A stretch of 64,000 bases of DNA from an uncultured Gemmatimonadales bacterium (GTDB taxonomy: Bacteria > Gemmatimonadota > Gemmatimonadetes > Longimicrobiales > Gaopeijiaceae), in assembly GCA_963823035.1 (NCBI GenBank), contig CAWGKG010000021.1:32001-96000 (forward strand), given 5' to 3'. The notes below the pieces were generated by a model. It worked only from the letters and a program-made list of their open reading frames with translations. It did not search any database and was not told the origin of the DNA. Made by a program: the position numbers and the translations under genes. Shown here in pieces: positions 1-12,276 of this stretch (position 1 is the first letter of the stretch; the number at the start of each line of letters is the position of its first letter).

Positions 1-818
1 GCACCCGCACGTTGGAGGCATGGCCGGATGGGGAGCGGGACGGGCTGCTCGAGACGATGCGCGCCTTCGAGGCCGTGCGCGCGCGGCTGTCGCCGGACGG
101 GGGCGAGGGCCCCCTTCCGCCGGGCATCCTGTCGCCCTACGGTCACCGGCTGCTGCGGGAGGTCGCGCATACACTGCGCTCGCCGCTCGGCTCCGTCGTG
201 ATGCTGACCGCGATGCTTCGTGACGGCGGCGGTGACCTCGACGCGCTGCAGCGCAAACATCTTGGCCTCGTGCACCGCGCCTCCATCACGCTCGCGTCCC
301 TGTCGAACGACCTGCTCGCCCTCACCGGAGAGGTGGAGGAGCTTCGTGCTCGGCCGGTGCCCTTCCTGGTCGACGAGGTTCTGGACGCCGTCACGGGGGC
401 GGTCGAGCCCGTGGCCGAGGAGCGCGGGGTGGACTTCCGGGTCGAGGGGACGGCCGCCGGCACGCGCGTCGGACAGCGCGGCGCGCTCACGCGCGCCCTG
501 ACCAGCCTGACGCTGAACGCCGCGCTCCTGGTGCGGGAGGGTCGGCTGTCCCTCACCGTCGCGGACGAGGGCGACGAGGCGAGCTTCGAGGTCGAGGTGA
601 CGGGCGCCGCCGAGGCGGTCGACGAGGTCTTCGAGGTGTTCCCGTCTCCGCCGGGTGCGACCGACTACACGCTGTCGCACCGCGGCCTCGGCTTCGCGCT
701 CGCTCGCCACCTGGTTCGCCGGATGGGCTCCGAGGTGCGCGTGGCGGAGCGCGCCGAAGGCGGGCTCCGCTTCTCGTTCCGGCTGGGCCTACCCGCCGCG
801 GGCAAGGCTCGCGGCTAG
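1..818 (+). CDS. Sensor histidine kinase (HisKA + HATPase-like), probably 5'-truncated by the window edge
   Basis: H-box EVAHTLRSPLG, N-box-like LTSLTLNA, G2 box GLGFALAR in ORF 12..818. Confidence 0.8.
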   Translation, partial: TRTLEAWPDGERDGLLETMRAFEAVRARLSPDGGEGPLPPGILSPYGHRLLREVAHTLRSPLGSVVMLTAMLRDGGGDLDALQRKHLGLVHRASITLASLSNDLLALTGEVEELRARPVPFLVDEVLDAVTGAVEPVAEERGVDFRVEGTAAGTRVGQRGALTRALTSLTLNAALLVREGRLSLTVADEGDEASFEVEVTGAAEAVDEVFEVFPSPPGATDYTLSHRGLGFALARHLVRRMGSEVRVAERAEGGLRFSFRLGLPAAGKARG

Positions 819-1198
819 TCTCCCGTGACCCGCCAGACCTCTGCGAGCACGAGCCGGGGCTCGCAGGGCTTGGTGAGGAAGCCGTCGCAGCCCACTTGCT
901 CGGCCCTCTCGCGATCCTCCGGGAAGGCGTGCGCGGTGATCACGATGACCGGTAGCTGGGCGGTGGCCTTCTCTTCCTTCAGGATCCGCGTGACCGTCCA
1001 TCCGTCCATGCCGGGGATGGAGACGTCCATCAGCACCGCCGCCGGGTGCTCCTCGCGCGCCAGCCGCAGCCCGTCCGTGCCCGATGTGGCCGTCAGCACC
1101 TCGAAGCCGTTGGCCTCGAGGATCAAGCGGTAGACGGACTGCGTATCCTCGTCGTCCTCCACGATGAGGATCGTGCCGTTGCCGGCGGAGGCCGTCAT
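815..1198 (-). CDS. Single-domain response regulator (CheY/DivK-like receiver)
   Basis: ILIVEDD, phospho-Asp in LMDVSIPGMDG, ITAHA, FLTKP motifs. Confidence 0.92.
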   Translation of the reverse strand: MTASAGNGTILIVEDDEDTQSVYRLILEANGFEVLTATSGTDGLRLAREEHPAAVLMDVSIPGMDGWTVTRILKEEKATAQLPVIVITAHAFPEDRERAEQVGCDGFLTKPCEPRLVLAEVWRVTGD

Positions 1199-1241
1199 CG
1201 GTGGTCCGTCAGTGAGGCGTCGGGGAGTGTCTCGAGCGAGC

Positions 1242-1955
1242 TCAACGTGGCCTCCCGACCGGGGTGCGGCTGCTGCGGAGCATGGCGAAGTTGCCTCGCT
1301 GGTGGACCTTCATCGGATACAGGTGACAGTCCGGCGTGTTCGTTCCGTGGACGCAGCCGTTGTAGCGGAGGAGCGCGACCTCGAGATCACCCCCCGAGGT
1401 GGACAGGTAGTGGGCGAGGATGCGGGCTCCGTGGCAGATGTTGGCGTCGGGGTCGAGGAGATCGTCCGAGTCGCACCCCCACGCACCCGCGTGCGCGGGC
1501 ATGACCTGCATGAGGCCGAGGGCCCCTTCCGGGCTGACCGCGCCGGGAGCCAGCTTCGGGTCCTCCACGAGCAGGACGGAAAGGAGGAGGCGCGGATCGA
1601 CGCCCGCGGACCGACCCTCGCGGACGAGCGCCACCGCGACCCGCCGGACGAGTGCGGTGTCGGCACTCTGTGGTCGAAGCGCGCGCTCCAGCGGAGCGAC
1701 CTGCTCGGCGTAGCTCCGCTCGAGCTCCGCCATCCCGTCGCGGAGGACCTGCGCGCGTCGTGAGAGCTGCTCGAAGCGGGATGCGTCGGAGACGTCTGCG
1801 GCCCGAGCCGTCCCCTCGCGGCGTGCGTCCCGTGCGTACGGGACGCTCGCGACCGACGCGCCGAAGACGCCGAGCATCAGGAAGGGAGCGATCCACAGCC
1901 GGACCGCGCTTCGCGCCTGCGCGGCCCAGGGACTCGATGTCTGCGGGCTCCCCAT
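1242..1955 (-). CDS. Lytic transglycosylase (SLT domain) with N-terminal membrane segment
   Basis: LLVE (catalytic Glu), GALGLMQVMP, ALLRYNG motifs; ATG at 1955 preceded by GGAGG. Confidence 0.85.
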   Translation of the reverse strand: MGSPQTSSPWAAQARSAVRLWIAPFLMLGVFGASVASVPYARDARREGTARAADVSDASRFEQLSRRAQVLRDGMAELERSYAEQVAPLERALRPQSADTALVRRVAVALVREGRSAGVDPRLLLSVLLVEDPKLAPGAVSPEGALGLMQVMPAHAGAWGCDSDDLLDPDANICHGARILAHYLSTSGGDLEVALLRYNGCVHGTNTPDCHLYPMKVHQRGNFAMLRSSRTPVGRPR

Positions 1956-2122
1956 TCGACCTCCCGGCGGAAGATAGCTCGGCTCGGGTGGATTCGATAC
2001 CGTCGCTGCACGAAAAATGCCAGGGTCTTCGTCGGGGCCCGTCCCCACGCCATCGTGCGCGTCCGCCCTCGTCCCCCTACCTTTTCGGCCCAACTCCACC
2101 CACGTCCCACGAGCTTCCCGCC

Positions 2123-5100
2123 ATGTTCTCTTCGACGCGCTCCGCCTTCTCGCTCCTCGCCAAGCTGGCGCTCGTGCTCACGCTCACCGCCTCGTCCCTG
2201 GCCGCGCAGCGGTCCATGCCTTCCGGGCCGGTGACGCTGGACTCGACCCTCCTCGCAGGGTTCGCGTGGCGCAACATCGGGCCGGATCGCGGCGGCCGCT
2301 CGATCGCGCGTCTCGGGCGTGCGCGGCCATCCCGAGCTGGCCTACTTCGGGGCGGTCGGTGGGGGGCTGTGGAAGACGACGGACGCGGGGGTGACGTGGA
2401 AGCCGGTCACCGACGGGCAGATCACGAGCGCTTCGGTGGGCGCCGTGGCCGTGAGCGAGACCAACCCCGACCTGGTGCTCATCGGAATGGGAGAGTCCGC
2501 CATCCGCGGCAACATCATGCCGGGCGACGGGATCTACCGTAGCACGGACGCGGGCGAGACGTGGGCGCACGTCGGATTCAACAACGTCGACGCGATCTCG
2601 AAGATCCGCATCCACCCGACCAACCCCGACATCGTCTTCGCCGCCGTGTTCGGCCAGTACAGCGTGCCGAGCGAGGAGCGTGGGATCTACAAGAGCACCG
2701 ACGGTGGGCAGACGTGGCGCAAGGTGCTGTACCGCGACGACAAGACCGGCGGGGTGGACATCTCGATCGACCGGAACAACCCGGACGTGATGTACGCGGC
2801 GATGTGGGAGGCGTACCGGAAGGAATACCAGATGTCGAGCGGTGGTCCGGGGTGTGGCCTCTTCAAGAGCACGGACGGCGGCGAGCACTGGACCGAGATC
2901 ACGCGCAACCCGGGTCTCCCGCAGGAGGGGCTCGTGGGCCGCATCGGCGTCGCGGTGTCGCGCGCCAATTCGAACCGGGTGTACGCGCTGGTCGAGAACG
3001 ACGACGGGGGGCTGTTCAAGAGCGACGACGCGGGCGCCACGTGGGAGAGGATGAACGACGACCGGCGCATCCGTCAGCGCGCGTTCTACTACACGAACGT
3101 CTTCGCCGACGCGAAGGACCAGGACGTGGTCTACATGGAGAACACGTCCCTCTACCGCTCCGAAGGACGCGGGGAAGACGATCGAGTCGCTCAGCGGAAC
3201 GCACGGCGACTTCCACGACCTGTGGATCGACCCGGACGACCCCACCCACCTGGTGGTGGCCAACGACGGTGGCGGCGCGGTGTCCGTGAACACCGGTGAG
3301 GACTGGACCGACGAGGACTTCCCGACGCCCCAGTTCTACCACGTGGTGACGAGCGCCCACATCCCCTTCCACGTTTGCGGCGCGCAGCAGGACAACAGCA
3401 CGCTGTGCATCCCCTTCGACTGGAACCGCGGAGGTGGTGGCGGCTTCGGCGGCGGCGGGGGCGGCGACCGCGATCCCACGGCCGGCGGGATGGAGCAGGC
3501 GTACCCGGTGGGCGGAGGCGAGCCGGGCTACATCGCGCCCGACCCGAACGACCTCATGCTCTTCTACTCCGGCGCCAACAACGGCGGCTACGTCGACAAG
3601 TACGACCGCGAGCTCGACCTGCACCGCGAGGTGAACCCGTATCCCTGGTTCTACTCGGGCGAGCCCTCGAAGGAGATCAAGGAGCGTTGGCAGTGGACGT
3701 TCCCGATCCTGTTCTCGCCGGTGGACCACAAGACGCTGTATGTGTCGTCGCAGCACGTCTGGAGCAGCCCGGACGGCGGCAAGACCTGGAACAGGCTCAG
3801 CGACGACCTGACCCGCCACGACCCGATGACGCTGCAGGAGTCGGGTGGACCGATCACGCACGACATGAACGGCCCCGAGGTCTACGCCACGGTCTTCGCG
3901 CTCGGACTGGGCAAGAAGAACATGGACGTGATCTGGGCCGGCTCGGACGACGGGCTCATCCACGTCACGCAGGACGGCGGCAAGACGTGGACGAACGTCA
4001 CGCCGAAGGACATGCCGGACTTCGGGCGCGTCAGCCAGATCGACGCCTCGTCGTTCAACGACGGCGCCGCGTACGTCGCGGTGAAGCGGCCGCTGCTGAA
4101 CGACCGGGCGCCCTACATCTACCGGACAAAGGACTACGGGAAGACGTGGACGAAGACGGTCGCGGGCATCCGCGGCTACGTGCATGCGGTGCGTGAGGAT
4201 CCGAACCGCCAGGGGCTGCTGTACGCGGCCACGCAGCACGGCGTGTTCGTCTCGTACGACGACGGCGACCACTGGCAGGACCTCACGCTCAACATGCCCG
4301 ACCTCCCGGTCGTGGACCTGGTGGTCGAGAAGAACGAGCTGGTCATCGCCTCGCACGGACGCGGCTTCTGGGTGCTCGACAACGTGGCGCCGCTGAGGCA
4401 GGCGACGCAGGGCACCACGGCGGAGGACCTGACCGTGTTCGCACCGCCGGTGGCGACGCGGTCCGGCCCGAACGTCGACCTCTCCTGGTGGACGAAGTCC
4501 GCCCCGAAGGACGGCAAGGTCGAGGTGCTGGATTCGGTCGGCGCGGTGCTGCGCACCTTCGTGCCGGACACGACCACGCCCGACACCACCAGCTCGCGCC
4601 GCGGTGGCGGCCGGTTCGGCGGGCCGACGTGGATGCCGACGAAGGCGGGGCTGAACAAGCTCTCCTGGAACCTCCAGGCGGAGCCCTTCGAGACCTTCGA
4701 GGACATGATCTTCTGGGGCGCGCGCACCGCCGGACCGGCGGTGCCGCCGGGTCGCTACACCGTGCGCGTGACCGCCGACGGCCGCAGCGCGAGCGCGCCG
4801 CTGACCGTGCGCCGCAACCCCTGGATCACCGACGTGACGGACGCGGACCTGCACGCGCAGTACGAGTTCAGCCGCGCCGTGCGCGACAAGGTGACGGAGG
4901 CGAACGAGGCGGTGATCGCGATCCGCAACGTGAAGAAGCAGCTCGAGGACCGGTACGAGAAGAGCGACGACGCGAAGCTGCACGATGCGGGCGACCGGCT
5001 CGACACGAACGCCTCGGACGTCGAGGACGACATCTACCAGGTGAAGAACCGCAGCAACCAGGACCCGCTCAACTTCCCGATCCGCGTCAACAACCGGCTG

Positions 5101-5322
5101 GCCAACCTGATGGCGATGGCGGAGCGCGGCGACGGGCGGCCCACCACGAACATGCCGGAGATCTTCCAGATCCTGTCGGTGCAGCTGAAAGGCTACACCG
5201 ACCGGCTCGACGAGGTGTGGGAGACCGATCTGGCCGCGGTGAACCGGGAGCTGTCCCGCCTGAACCTGGCGACGATCGACCCGAAGTGCACGAAGGCGGA
5301 GGGCTGCCGACCGATCATGTAG
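2123..5322 (+). CDS. Secreted BNR/VPS10 (sortilin-like) beta-propeller protein, glycosyl-hydrolase-like; frameshifts near 2310 and 3165
   Basis: Signal peptide, WRNIGPDRGGRS, repeated S/TxDGGxTW Asp-box motifs across ORFs 1652, 2319 and 3253. Confidence 0.85.
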
Positions 5323-5341
5323 GCGGGCGCGGGGGCGCCGC

Positions 5342-8239
5342 TCAGCGGCTCGGCGGCGCCCGAGCGCATCGGCGAGCACCAGCGCGGCGTGCCGGGCTTC
5401 GCGCCCGGTGCCGTCGCGGATCTGCGCGCGGCAGCTCGTGCCGTCCGCCACGATCCCGGCGGACGGCGCCGCGGCGCGCACGGCGGGGAGGAGGTCCAGC
5501 TCACCCATCGACAGCGAGACGTCGACGTGCTCGGCGTGGTAGCCGAACGCGCCGGCCATCCCGCAGCACCCGGAGGCGATCTCCGTCACGGTCGCGCCGG
5601 GGACCCGGCGGAGCATGCGCAGCGTCGCGCCCGTGGCGCCGGCGGCCTTCTGGTGGCAGTGGCCGTGCACGAGCAGCGTGGGGCCTCCGCCCTCCGTCGC
5701 GCTCGGCCAGCGGCAGGCGGCGGCCCTCCTCCCAGTCACGGTCGAGGAGCTCCTCGAGGAGGAGGGCGCGCTCCGCGACCACCGAGCCGTCGCGCCCGGT
5801 CAGCTCGGGATCTCGTCACGCAGCGTCAGGAGGCACGACGGCTCGAGCCCCACGATCCAGGCGCCGCGGCGGGCAGCCTCCACCAGCGCCGCCACCAGGC
5901 GCTCGGCCTCGATCCTCGCCTCGTCGAGCATCCCCGCGCTCAGGTACGTCCGCCCGCAGCATAGCGGCCGTCTTCCGGAGATCGGCCGTGCGGTCGTGAC
6001 GCGATGGCCGGCCGCCTCCAGGACCTTCACGGCAGCCCGCGCCTGCTCCGGCTCGAACCAGCGCGTGAAGGTGTCCACGAGGAGCACCACGTCCGCGGCG
6101 TCGCCCGCGTCGGCCTCGGCGTCGCGCCCACGGGCTACGGCTCCAGCGAGGAAGCGGCCGCCGCTTCGAGATGCCCAGGACGATCTCCCCGAGGGCGCGC
6201 AGCGGACCCGAGCCCGCCGCCGCGTTCAGCAGGGGCGCGAAGCGGGCCACGCGGGGGGCCGCGCGCGGGAGGGAGGCGAGGAGCCGCTCCCTCCGGTCGA
6301 TGCCGCGTGTCCGGTTGCGACGGTGCAGCCACTCGAGCTTGAGGCGGGCCATGTCCACGCCGGTGGGGCACTCGCGCTTGCACCCCTTGCAGGAGATGCA
6401 CAGCGACATCGCGTCGGCCATCTCGGGCGCGTCGAGCCCCTGGGGGCCGAGCTGGCCGGTCAGGGCGAGGCGGAGCGCGTTCGCCCGCCCGCGCGTGCTG
6501 TGCCGCTCGTCCGCGGTGGCGCGGAAGGAGGGGCACATCACGCCCGGATCGGACTTCCGGCAGGCGCCGTTGTCGTTGCAGCGCTCGACCGCCGTGAGGA
6601 TGCCGCCGTCCGGCCAGCTCAGAACGACGGGAAGGGGCTGGGCGGCGTAGCCGGGCGGGTAGCGGAAGAGCGCACGGTCGTCCATGCGTGGTGGGTCGAC
6701 GATCTTGCCGGGGTTCATCATCCCGGTGGGATCGAAGGTGCGCTTCACCTCGCCGAACGCCTGCACGAGCCGCCGGCCGAGCATGGGCTCCAGGAACTCC
6801 GAGCGCAGCAGACCGTCGCCGTGCTCGCCCGAGTGCGTGCCGCCGTAGTCGCGCACCACCTCGTGTACGGCCTCCGCGATCGTGCGCAGGCGCGTCACGT
6901 CGTCCGGGTCCTTGAGGTCGAGCGCGGGGCGCACGTGCAGGCAGCCCACGGAGGCGTGCGCGTACCACGTGCCGGTGCTGCCGTGGCGCCGGAAGATCTC
7001 CTCGACGCGGCGGGCGTATTCCGCCAGGTGCTCGAGCGGCACGGCGCAGTCCTCGATGAACGACACCGGCTTCCGCGGGCCGGCCATGCTCATGACGATG
7101 TTCAGCCCGGCCCTGCGCACGCTCCACACGTCGGCCTGAAGTGCCGGGTCCACCGCGCGGACCACGGCGCCCGGGAAGCCGAGGTCACCGCACAGCTCGG
7201 AGAGCGCGTCCAGGCGGCGCTCGAGGTCCACGCCCTCGACCTCCGCGGCGAACTCCACCAGGAGGAGCGCACCCGGCGTGCCGCGCACGAAGTGGGAGAG
7301 CGCGTCGCGGAAGTCGGGGCGCGCCGCCGCGAGGCCGAGCACGTTGCGGTCCACCAGCTCGACCGCCGAGGGATCCAGTCCCACGATGTGCTGGACGGCG
7401 TCGAGCGCGTCGAGGAGCTCGGGGAAGTGGCAAACGCCCACCACCCGGTGCACGGGGAACGGCGCGAGCTGGAGTCGGAGGCGCGTGAAGAAGGCGAGCG
7501 TCCCCTCCGAGCCGACGAGCAAGCGGCCCAGGTTCTCCCGGGCGGGTGCGAGGCGCGCCAGGTCGTAGCCCGCCACGTTGCGCATGGTGCGCGGCGCGCG
7601 CGCGGCGATCTCGTCGGCCTCGCGGGCGTACAGGGCGCGCAGGGCGCCCAGCTCCGGGGCGAAGAGCGTGGCCTCGTCGCCACCTTCGCCCAGCCACAGC
7701 CTGCGCCCGTCGGGGAGCACGGCCTCCACCGCCGCGACGTTGTCGACCATCATCCCGTAGCGCAGCGAGCGGGCACCGGCGCTGTTGTTGCCCGCCATCC
7801 CGCCGAGCGTGGCGCGGTTGGCCGTGGACGGGTCCACCGGAAACCACACGCCGTCGGGTCGCAGGGCGCGGTTCAGGTGGTCGAGCACGACGCCCGGCTG
7901 CACGGTCACGTGGTGGGGGTCGTCGGGCGAGCGCTCGACGGCCGTGAGGTGGCGGCTCACGTCGACGACGATCGCCCGCCCCACCGTCTGGCCGCACTGC
8001 GACGTGCCCGCGCCGCGCGGCAGCACCGGGGCGCCGGCCTCGCGCGCGACCTCCATCACGGCCTCCACGTCTTCCGTGGTCTTCGGAAAGACCACGCCGA
8101 GCGGCTCGATCTGGTAGTGGGACGCGTCCGTGGCGTACAGCCCGCGCGTGAACGCGTCGAAGCGCACCTCGCCCTGGACGGCGTGCCGGAGGCGCGCCTC
8201 CAGATCGGGATCACCGGGTTTCGGACCAGCGTGGGGCAC
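5342..8239 (-). CDS. FAD-linked oxidase fused to 4Fe-4S and CCG domains (GlcD/GlcF-, YdiJ-like 2-hydroxyacid dehydrogenase); frameshifted in the 3' part
   Basis: PRGAGTSQCGQ, TLGGMAGNNSAG, SGEHGDG, CISCKGCKRECP, LCCGR and GCCGMAG across ORFs 5816..8629, 5800..6090 and 3016..5739; both ends approximate. Confidence 0.85.
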
Positions 8240-8322
8240 GGCGTTCGTTTTGCGGGGGTGGCGGCCCGGGGGACGGCGGAGCATTCTACGCGACCGTTCG
8301 AACTCGCACCAATCGCCTACCC

Positions 8323-9499
8323 GTGACCTACCACAGCGGCCGACACTTCCTCCAGCTTCCCGGTCCCACGAACGTGCCGGATCGCGTGCTGCGCGCGATG
8401 GCCCGGCCGACGATCGACCACCGGGGCCCGGAGTTCCGGGACCTCGCGCTCGGACTGCTGGCGGGGCTGCGCGAGGTGTTCCGCACCGAGCATCCGGTGC
8501 TGGTCTATCCGTCCTCCGCGACGGGCGCGTGGGAGTCCGCCCTGACCAACACGCTCTCGCCGGGGGATCGGGTGGTGGCCTTTGCGCAGGGCTTCTTCGC
8601 CGACAAGTGGGCGCGTGTGGCCGGCGCACTCGGGCTGGACGTCCACGTCGAGCCGCAGGACCCGCGCCGCGCCGTGGACCCCGCCAGGGTCGCGGACATC
8701 TTGCGCGCGGACCGGGCCCACGCGATCCGCGCCGTCCTCGTGGTACACAACGAGACGTCGACGGGGGTGGTGGCGGACGTCGAGGCGATCGGGGCGGCGT
8801 CGCGCGCGACGGGACACCCCGCTCTCCTGATGGTCGACGCGGTGTCGTCGCTGGGCGCCATGGACTTCCGGCACGACGCGTGGGGGGTGGACGTCACGGT
8901 CTCGGGCTCGCAGAAGGGGCTGATGCTGCCGCCCGGGCTGGCGTTCGTCGCGGTCGGGCCTCGCGCGCTCGATGCGCACGGCTCGGCCGCGCTCCCCCGC
9001 GCCTACTGGGACTGGTCGGAACAGCTCGCCTTCAACGAGCGCGGGTTCTTCCCCTACACGCCGGCCACCAACCTCCTGTACGGCCTCGAGCAGTCGCTGG
9101 CGATGCTCCGCGAGGAGGGGATGGAGGCGGTCTTCGTCCGGCACGCCCGCTTCGGGGAGGCGACGCGGCGGGCGGTGGCGGCGTGGGAGCTCGAGACGTT
9201 CGCGGCCGACGCCGGGGAGGCGAGCGCCGCCCTCACGGCGGTGCGGGTCCCGGAGGGCCACGACGCGGACGCGGTGCGCTCCGTCATCCTCGAGCGCTTC
9301 GACATGTCGCTCGGCACGGGTCTGGGCCCGCTCAAGGGGAAGGCTCTTCCGCATCGGCCACCTCGGCGACCTCAACGACCTGACCCTCGTGGGGACGCTC
9401 GCCGGCGTGGAGATGGGGCTCGAGCTGGCGGGCGTGCCGCACGCGAAGGGAGGCGTGGCCGCCGCCATGGAGGTGCTCGCGGGGGCGGGCGGGCGATGA
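8323..9499 (+). CDS. Serine/alanine-glyoxylate aminotransferase (PLP class V); frameshift near 9340
   Basis: GRHFLQLPGPTNVP, VHNETSTG, VDAVSS, SGSQKGLM (PLP Lys); C-terminal FRIGHLGDLN in ORF 8972..9499. Confidence 0.88.
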
Positions 9500-10502
9500 G
9501 GGGTGGCCCGCGCGCGACCCGATGGCTCGCCGGCGCCGGCGCCCTCGTGGCCGTCGCGATCCTCGCGGCCTGCGGCGAGCCCTCCGGCCTCCACGAGCTG
9601 AAGTTCGGTCATGTCGGCGAGCCGGGCTCGCTCTTCGCGCTCTCGGCCGACGAGTTCGCGCGCCGCGCCAACGCACGCCTTCCGGCCGACTACCGGGTGG
9701 TGGTCTACGGATCCAGCCAGCTCGGCGGAGACGAGCTGCTCCTCCAGAAGATCAAGCTGGGCACGGTGGACTTCGCGCTCCCCTCCACGGTCATGTCCTC
9801 GCAGATCGACGCCTTCGGCCTCTTCGAGATGCCGTACCTCGTGCGCGACCGGGCGCACATGCGCGCGATCGAGCAGGCGGTGGTGTGGCCCGACCTCGCG
9901 TCCCTCGCGGAGGAGGCCGGCTATCACGTCATCGCGGTCTGGGAGAACGGCTTCCGCCACGTGACCAACAGCCGCCGTCCGATCGTCCGGCCGACGGATC
10001 TGGCGGGCATCAAGCTGCGCACGCCGCGCGGGGTCTGGCGCGTGAAGCTCTTCCAGACGCTCGGCGCCAACCCGACGCCGATGGCGCTCTCCGAGGTGTT
10101 CGTGGGGCTGCAGACCGGCGTCATCGACGGGCAGGAGAACCCGCTCGCCCAGATCTGGGGCTCGAAGCTCTACGAGGTGCAGAAGTACCTCTCCCTGACG
10201 AGCCACGTGTACACGCCGGCCTACGTCGTGGTCTCGCCGTCGCAGGTGGGCCGCCCTCCCGCCCGAGGTGCGCACCGTGCTCGAGGAGGAGGCGCGCGCC
10301 ACGCAGGCGTACGTGCACGCCACGGCCGAGCGTCTCGACGGGGAGCTGCTCGACAGCCTGCGCGCAGCGGGGGTCGAGGTGAACGAGCCGGACCGGCCGG
10401 CGTTCGTCGCGGCGAGCCGCGCCGTCTACGACGACTTCGGGCGCGCGGTGCCCGGGGGGCGCGGAGCTGATCGAGCGGGCCAGGGCGGCCGGGAGCAGGT
10501 GA
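9496..10502 (+). CDS. dctP: TRAP transporter substrate-binding protein DctP (lipoprotein); frameshifts near 10245 and 10460
   Basis: Lipobox ILAAC, YGSSQLG, WENGFRH, GIKLRTP, GVIDGQENP. Confidence 0.88.
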
Positions 10503-10993
10503 CGACCGCCGGCGCGCGGCGTCGGCTCGGCGCCTTCCTCGAGGGCGTCGTCCTCGTGCTCATGACGGCGCTGGCCCTCGTGGTCGTGGTGGGCGTGGTC
10601 TCCCGCAAGCTCGGGGCGTCGCTCGTCTGGTACGACGAGGTGGCCTCCGTGCTCCTCGCGTGGCTCACCTACTACGGGGCGGCCCTCGCGGCGCTGCGCA
10701 GAGCGCACATCGGCGTTCCCACGCTGGTGGAGCGGCTGCGCGGGAGCGTGCGCCTGGCGGCCGTGCTGCTCGCGGAAGCCTGCGTGGTCGGCTTCTTTCT
10801 CGTGCTCACGTGGGCTGGTGTGCGGGTGCTCTCCGTGCTGGGCGGCACGACGCTCGTGTCGCTCCCGTGGGTCCCGATGTCGGTGGCGCAGTCGGTGATC
10901 CCGATCGGCGCGCTCCTCTTCGTCGTGGCCGAGCTGCTCACCCTCCCCGACGTGCTCGCGGCGCGTTCGGACGGCGAGGAGGTCGCGCCGTGA
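10499..10993 (+). CDS. dctQ: TRAP transporter small permease DctQ
   Basis: Four hydrophobic segments, WYDEVA and AHIGV motifs, GTGA overlap with dctP. Confidence 0.85.
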   Translation: MTTAGARRRLGAFLEGVVLVLMTALALVVVVGVVSRKLGASLVWYDEVASVLLAWLTYYGAALAALRRAHIGVPTLVERLRGSVRLAAVLLAEACVVGFFLVLTWAGVRVLSVLGGTTLVSLPWVPMSVAQSVIPIGALLFVVAELLTLPDVLAARSDGEEVAP

Positions 10994-12276
10994 GCATCGT
11001 GGCGATCGGCCTCGTCCTCCTCGCGCTGGTCGTTCTGGGCGTGCCGGTCGCCGTGTCGATCGGCCTCGCCGCGGTGCTCGCGATGGCCACCGGGCCCTCC
11101 GGTCCGGCGTCGCTGCCGAACGCCGCGCTGGTGATGTTCAACGGATCCACCTCCTTTCCCCTGATCGCGATTCCGCTGTTCATCCTCGCGGGGTCGATCA
11201 TGAACGCGTCGGGGATCAGCCGGCGCCTCATCGCGTTCGCGTCCGCGCTCGTCGGCTTCGTGCGGGGCGGCCTCGCGATGGTGACGATCTGTGCGTCGCT
11301 CTTCTTCGCGGAGATCTCCGGCTCCGCGGTCGCCGACGTCGCCGCGCTCGGCTCCATCCTCATTCCGGCGATGGAGCGGCGCGGCTACTCGCGCCCCTTC
11401 GCGGCCGCCGTGACCTCCTCGTCCGCGACGCTCGCGGTCATCATCCCGCCGTCGATCCCGATGATCCTCTACGGCGTGATGTCGGGCAGCTCGGTCGTGC
11501 AGCTCTTCGTGGCGGGCATCGTGCCGGGCGTGATCGGCGGGCTGCTGATGATGTTCGTGGCGTGGCTGCTGGCACGCCGCTACGACTTCCCCCGCGAGCA
11601 GATGTTCCGCCTCGGCCTCGTCTGGAGGACGCTGCGGGACGCCGGGTGGGCGCTCCTCCTCCCCGTGGTCATCCTGGGTGGGATCTTCAGCGGGTGGGTG
11701 ACGGCGACCGAGGGGGCCGGGCTCGCCGTGGTGGCCGCCGCGTTCATCGGGGGCGTGGTCTACCGCGAGCTGGATCTGAAGGAGCTGCGCGGAGCGCTCG
11801 TCGAGGGCGCCGTGCAGACGGCCGTGGTCATGCTGCTCGTCGCGACGTCCGCCCTGCTCGGCGACCACCTCACGGAGGTACGCTTCCCGCAGCAGGTGGC
11901 CGGGGCCATCCTCGGCGTGACGCACGACCGCTGGGCGATCCTCCTGCTCCTGAACGCCTTCTTCCTCCTCATCGGCCTCCTCCTCCACTCGGCCGCCGCC
12001 ATCATCCTGGTGGTGCCGGTCGTGATGCCGTTGGTGCGGGCGGCCGGCATCGACCCCGTGCACTTCGGCCTGATCGTCACGCTCAACCTCGGCATCGGGC
12101 AGCAGACGCCGCCCGTCGCGAGCGTGCTGGTCACGGCGTGCTCGGTCGCCAAGGCCGACATCTGGGAGGTCAGCAAGGTCAACGTGTGGTTCGTGGCCGT
12201 GCTGCTCGCCGTGCTCCTTCTGGTCACCTACGTTCCGGCCGTGCCCATGACCCTGGTCGATTGGTTGGTCCGATGA
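10990..12276 (+). CDS. dctM: TRAP transporter large permease DctM
   Basis: FPLIAIPLFILAG, ISGSAVAD, IIPPSIPMI, GIDPVHFG, TPPVA. Confidence 0.93.
   Translation: MSIVAIGLVLLALVVLGVPVAVSIGLAAVLAMATGPSGPASLPNAALVMFNGSTSFPLIAIPLFILAGSIMNASGISRRLIAFASALVGFVRGGLAMVTICASLFFAEISGSAVADVAALGSILIPAMERRGYSRPFAAAVTSSSATLAVIIPPSIPMILYGVMSGSSVVQLFVAGIVPGVIGGLLMMFVAWLLARRYDFPREQMFRLGLVWRTLRDAGWALLLPVVILGGIFSGWVTATEGAGLAVVAAAFIGGVVYRELDLKELRGALVEGAVQTAVVMLLVATSALLGDHLTEVRFPQQVAGAILGVTHDRWAILLLLNAFFLLIGLLLHSAAAIILVVPVVMPLVRAAGIDPVHFGLIVTLNLGIGQQTPPVASVLVTACSVAKADIWEVSKVNVWFVAVLLAVLLLVTYVPAVPMTLVDWLVR

Noticed and set aside
3428..3466. GGC-rich simple repeat
   Set aside because: It encodes a poly-Gly linker inside the BNR protein and is not a repeat element.
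3016..8326. Very long antisense or alternative-frame ORFs (e.g. 3016..5739, 5615..8326; also 20959..24309, 34220..36544)
   Set aside because: These are Arg/Pro/Gly-rich shadow frames expected in high-GC coding DNA, with no motifs except where they carry frameshifted pieces of real genes.
8323..10470. Apparent aminotransferase-DctP fusion ORF (715 aa)
   Set aside because: A frameshift near 9340 creates it. The true aminotransferase C-terminus and stop (9499) are in another frame, and DctP has its own ATG and lipobox.
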